A stretch of 64,000 bases of DNA from contig CM022666.1 in NCBI GenBank assembly GCA_012295275.1, positions 7,130,001 through 7,194,000 of the forward strand, in the 5' to 3' direction. Within the stretch, counting starts at the first letter, position 1. Every line of letters starts with the position of its first letter. Of the stretch, positions 53,270-64,000 are shown piece by piece. Position numbers and translations under genes: made by a program. A model generated the notes under the pieces. The model was given only the letters and a program-made list of their open reading frames with translations, searched no databases and was not told the DNA's origin. This DNA is from Chrysomallon squamiferum. Its lineage: Eukaryota > Animalia > Mollusca.

Positions 53270-53504
53270 AACAACAAACAAAACAAAAACATTTAAAACG
53301 CAAATAAGGTTTTAAAGTACTAATACATTTTTAATGAAGACAATTTATGCGAATTTGATCCAGTTTGTACATTTATTACAAGTTTTATTAATTTATTTAT
53401 TTATTCTCTAAAATAAACGATGTTATATTATACTGAATAAATAATTAGGAATAAGTATATTGTTCATAATAGCTACAGCTATAACAACAACTGTTGTATG
53501 CATA

Positions 53505-53541
<37 letters not shown>

Positions 53542-53770
53542 AGCATAACACAAAAGTATTACAAAAATAACACTGATCCTCGCCTCGCAAAACAACAACA
53601 ACAACAAAAATTAATAAAACAGAAACAACAACAAGAAAAAATAAACATACACAAACCCCAAAACCCAAAACAAAACCCCAAAACTGACAAAGAATTTTTT
53701 TTTACAAAAAACATAACAACAAAAAAACACTCCCCAGCATAGAAATAAATTAGTTTTATTGTTGCTTGTT

Positions 53771-53816
<46 letters not shown>

Positions 53817-54120
53817 GCATTGATATATAAATTTAATAATTAATACTATATTAGTATTATAACCTCTACTGTTGAGTGCATTCAAAACTTCCTTTAAACT
53901 TAAGAATTTCTTCGTTCTCTGACGTCGTTATGAAAATATTTCCTCTGTTTCACTTTATAATTCGGAATTGACGAATTAATTCTAAGTGATACAAACTCGG
54001 ACAGTCTTACAGTGACACAGTTTTATTTGATGATATTCAGATTTTTGTTTAGAATATGATATACAACAATCATGTAGAAAAGGAAATTAAAATTGAGAGA
54101 GAGATAGATAGATATATAGA

Positions 54121-54193
<73 letters not shown>

Positions 54194-54288
54194 GATTAAG
54201 TATTTATATTGTTAAATTATGTTTATATTTAATTGCAATATCAGCAGCAACGGCATCAACAATAATAATGGTAATGAAGATAACAAAG

Positions 54289-54347
<59 letters not shown>

Positions 54348-54392
54348 CAACAAATAAAACCGTCAGATGAATGTAATAAATACAAAATGTAG

Positions 54393-54450
<58 letters not shown>

Positions 54451-55163
54451 ACCAACCCCCAAAACCATCCCCCCTCAAAAAAAATCCGTATCAAAACAAC
54501 AAAAACAAAACAACAACAAACACACAAATAACGACAAACAGACAAGAGCAACAAAATTAACAAAACCTTTCAACTTCTGGAATAATACCAAATCTATTCA
54601 GACAAAAATCCCCCCTTCCCCATTATATTATTATACATACACTTTAGCGAGAAATAAATAAAACAGTAATTTTTAATCATTTGTAACACGTAAGAACGTT
54701 TCGGTTTATTTATTTTATTTTCTGTTTATCGCACCTATTAAATTACTATTCTTTTGTTGTGGTTGAGTCGAGGTTTTTATTTTTTATTTTTTTTTATTTC
54801 TTTATTATTATTATTTTTTTTATTCTTCTGTTCAAGGTGTCAGTTGCTTGGTTGAAAACCCACAGAAATCTCTAAGCCTTTATTTACTCAAGTGAAACGA
54901 AAGAGCCAAGGTTTTCCCCGGGATCAAGACATCCGTACACTGCGTACAATAGGAAAATTGTAAATAAAATACGAAGTACAAACAGACTAGTCAGACGTTA
55001 AACGCTATTTTCAAACAATGTTTCGTCATCAGTGAATATTTATTTATTCAGTACGTCATCAACGATACCTCAGAAATCGTTCAAAAGTGTGTAACAATTT
55101 ACGCGCTAGGCCTGCTGTTTACATTCTCGTTGTGAATGGGTTGGATTTACTATCCGTTCGCGT

Positions 55164-55314
55164 TCGTCTGCTAGCTAAAGCAGACGACACATACATACAT
55201 TTTCACACACGTACTCACATTTACATTTACATATCGTCTGCTAGATAATTGATTTCGCGGCAAGACCTGTACGCATGCACTGCATGTAGTAGGTGTACAT
55301 GTAAAAGCAGACGA
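55164..55314. promoter_or_regulatory. Four copies of TCGTCTGCT/AGCAGACGA in two inverted pairs upstream of the CYP ATG
   Basis: 55164-55172, 55179-55187, 55234-55242, 55306-55314. Confidence 0.45.
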
Positions 55315-55360
55315 TTAAAAAAAATGCTAATGTTCTTTTTCCACTGAATCGGGTGAAAGG

Positions 55361-55401
<41 letters not shown>

Positions 55402-55463
55402 AAAGGAAAGAAAAAAAAAAAAAAAAAAAAAAAAGAAAGGAAGAGGAATAAGAAACTGAAATA

Positions 55464-60527
<5,064 letters not shown>

Positions 60528-60606
60528 ATCACGTGTAGGACATTTTCTTTTTACAGAGTAATACTTTTATTTATTTAATAAGTACCTTCCATGGTGCGGA
60601 CGTAAT

Positions 60607-60670
<64 letters not shown>

Positions 60671-61263
60671 TTAATTCTTACTGTTTGTTATAATTGTTAC
60701 TGAATACACACCTTTGCTATTAATAAAATATTATCCACGTAGTTTCAAGGAGAATGTAATTTTTCCTTGTTTATTATTTGTTTACTTGTTACAGGAAAAA
60801 AAAAAAAAACAAAAATAAATAAGTAAGTAGGTAGGTAAATAAACAACTAAGTAACTAACTAACTAACTAAAATAAAATCTTTGTTAAATTGGTAAAAACA
60901 TCACAGTAGTTTGCTGACGTTCATTATCATTATACAAATTACTGACAATATTTCTTTCTTTCTTTCTTTGTTTTACTGATATTTGAGAAATGATATCATC
61001 CACGAAATTAAGGTGTTGAAAACTGTTTGGAAGTATTAATTTGAAGAATCTCGTTTTTCAAGAGCTCACTGGCTAAATCCTAAATTAATGTCCAAAGTAA
61101 TGTTGCTAGTGCAAAACCTTTGTTACCTCTTTGTTTGTTATTAGGTTTTGTTTTGATTTAATTTTGTATCTTTGTAAAGGGTGTTAAATAAACTATTAAA
61201 TGTACACAATGAAATATTTTAAAATTTTAAAAATATTTTTAACGAAGAGAGAGTGAGAGAGAG

Positions 61264-61350
<87 letters not shown>

Positions 61351-61914
61351 AAGGCAAATAAATAAATAAATAAATAAATAGATAGATAAATAAACAAATT
61401 TTAAGCTACAATATTTAGTTGTATTATTTTGAACGTGGAATTGTATTAAAACAACCACAGCAGTAGCAACAACAACAATAACAACAACAACAACAACAAC
61501 AGCAATTAAACCCAGTAACCTTAGCGGTATGAAGACAAACAGGCTACATCATTCTGCTCCATTTCAGGAGCTGTGTAGGCGTAGATAGCGGAGATAATAC
61601 GGTAAACAGTAACATCCGTGATGGTTCCGTTCGATTCCCAGCTTTATTACTTGGTTCCGTTCACTTAACTTAACGTCAAAGATGACAAAACAATGACATC
61701 TGATGACTGCCAGTTTCTACATCCGTAGAATTATTAGTTCAGCTAATTAATATTCACGAATTCAGACTCGTTGTATGTAGGTACATTGTGGGCGGGGATA
61801 TCAGGGAAATTCTGATGAAACATTTTTAATGTTCGACTCTCTCTCGTTTATTCGTTTATCTTTTATTTTTATCTCTGTTCTTTAGGTTTCTGTCCATCTA
61901 TTTGAGCGCGCTTA

Positions 61915-62064
61915 TGTACGTATGTATGTATGTATGTATGTATGTATGTATGTATGTATGTATGTATGTATGTATGTATGTATGTATGTATATGTGTATG
62001 CATGTTTATATGTTTATGTATGTATGTATGCATATATGGATTGAATGTATATGTGTACATTTAT

Positions 62065-62109
<45 letters not shown>

Positions 62110-62174
62110 TGTGTGTACGTATGTATATAATGTATATATTTTTGTATCTATGTATGTGGTATATATGTTGTGTG

Positions 62175-62208
<34 letters not shown>

Positions 62209-62240
62209 TGTATGTATGTATGTATGTATGTATGTATTGA
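61915..62240. repeat. (ATGT)n/(AT)n microsatellite block
   Basis: Directly visible. Source of the MYVC-repeat ORFs. Confidence 0.95.
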
Positions 62241-62712
62241 ATCTGTTTGCAGGTAGGTATATATGTATATATGTATACCTTTGCGTCGATGCCTATGTCA
62301 AGGCTTCATAATATAAATTTATTTTACAGCCACACTGGAATCCATGTAAAACACATGCATTCAATTGTTCCTATAAATTAGGTACACAGAAAATTATGCA
62401 GGTTCAAGCGCGGTGTGCATGCTAGTTCATTCCAGAATTATCAACTGCCTGACTATTCAGTCTGCGCGGGTTAGAAATAATGAACAAATGTTTCACGTCT
62501 CTCCCGTTCACAGAAAGAACAGCAAAGTGCCAAAGATCCTGCAGTGTTTTCCAGAAAATGAGTTTGTAATTATGTTAGGCAACGCTAGTCGTGTGTGGAT
62601 AATTTACTTATCTGGGATAAAAGATACGCTATTTTTGGAATAACCGAAAATAATCCAAGCTTTAAAAAATATATACATTACTACTTCTTTGTTTCGTTCT
62701 CCAGAAACACAC

Positions 62713-62837
<125 letters not shown>

Positions 62838-62963
62838 TCTTCTACAGTATTTGTTTTCATATTTCACAACTGGTTTACACATACATAAATAATTATATAT
62901 ATAAAGTTAAAATGAAAACAACAAAAAACAATCATACAGGAAAAAAAGAGAACTATGTTTCAC

Positions 62964-63058
<95 letters not shown>

Positions 63059-63430
63059 TGTTTTATTTACTTATTATTAATATTATTATTATTATTTTTT
63101 TTTTTTTAAACAATACCTAATCGTACACGTAGAAAACAGATTTCTTTTCAAGGGTAGACAAATCAAACTACTGCTGGCTGGTACAGGATCTCGCTTATCT
63201 CCCATGTTGCAAATAATCGTACATATTTTAATATATATTGTTGGGTTTTAAATATTATTCTGTCAGCTTATTTTATATGTTCAGAACATACTGTGAAAGC
63301 TCAGTATATGCGACACAGATATGGATACACATATGTATAAACAAAACAAAACTGAGTTATAAAAATATATATATGATTCAATCTTTATTTCTTAAACAAG
63401 ATTCGGAATGAATATTTTTCTCGTGTAGAC

Positions 63431-63485
<55 letters not shown>

Positions 63486-63524
63486 GAATTGTAGTAGTAG
63501 TAGTAGTAGTAGTAGTAGTAATAA

Positions 63525-63577
<53 letters not shown>

Positions 63578-63629
63578 ATAATAATAATTTTGTTATGTTC
63601 GATATTAAAAATAAAAGGACATTGAAAAA

Positions 63630-63800
63630 TCATGATTCTCCGATGAATTTCTTCATTTCTGGATATTCCATTCTGAACGTGTGCCAGCCCTCTTTGGCCG
63701 TCAGATCGACTCCTCCTATCGCCTCGTAGAAACCGATAGCGGGTTTGTTCCAGTCTAAACAAGTCCAGATCATGTTTCGGCACCCCTTACTGTAACCCGT
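63630..63800 (-). CDS. Last coding exon of a third SAT1/SAT2-family GNAT (paralog C); upstream exons lie beyond the window
   Basis: After a CTACAG acceptor it reads TGYSKGCRNMIWTCLDWNKPAIGFYEAIGGVDLTAKEGWHTFRMEYPEMKKFIGES*, closely aligned to paralog B exon 5 (IGLSKGCCNMVWSCLEWNKAAISFYENIGGNDVTKSDKCHTFRMDYPAMKKIAE). This frame is absent from the ORF track. Confidence 0.92.
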   Translation of the reverse strand, partial: TGYSKGCRNMIWTCLDWNKPAIGFYEAIGGVDLTAKEGWHTFRMEYPEMKKFIGES

Positions 63801-64000
63801 CTGTAGATGAAAATAATATTTTATTTCTAAATATTTACGAAAACAATAAATATATAATGGTAGTAGTTGTAATAGTAGTAGTAGTAGTAGTATGTCGTAA
63901 AAGTAGTAGTAATAGTAGCGGTAATAGTGGTAGTAGAAATAGTTGCAATAGTAGCAGTAACAGTAGCAGTAATAGTAGTGGTAATAGTAGCAGTAGTAGT

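Noticed and set aside
61575-61645. tRNA-like GTTCGATTCCC motif
   Set aside because: No matching acceptor, D or anticodon stems. Not a supportable tRNA gene.
63385-63783. 132-aa minus-strand ORF in the supplied track
   Set aside because: Wrong frame. The real exon (63800-63630) is in another frame and encodes a SAT-family C-terminus.

Overview
AT-rich, microsatellite-dense animal genomic DNA with spliceosomal introns. It is probably a lophotrochozoan, likely a gastropod mollusc (inferred from repeat content and protein style). Most ORFs in the supplied track are simple-repeat artefacts. Manual exon assembly gives eight genes: (1) the last three coding exons of an SLC25A30/SLC25A14-type mitochondrial carrier, whose final intron is U12-type; (2) a complete ~1,680-codon ZC3H13 gene with a 1-nt frameshift, a candidate 24-nt microexon and a GC-AG intron; (3) a SULT1-like cytosolic sulfotransferase; (4) a RING-less B-box/coiled-coil protein with a C-terminal AT-hook-like motif; (5,6) two convergent SAT1/SAT2-like GNAT N-acetyltransferase paralogs; (7) a clan-2 cytochrome P450; (8) the last exon of a third SAT-like paralog. 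The main lead is the co-location of the sulfotransferase, three divergent N-acetyltransferases and a P450 (28.5-63.8 kb), a candidate animal small-molecule tailoring or detoxification cluster. Also present: a probable solo LTR carrying a structured insert whose loop is complementary to its own flanking direct repeat, a decayed Tc1/mariner transposase, SINE-like fragments and splice-site-seeded tandem repeats. All calls come from reading the sequence; no searches were run.
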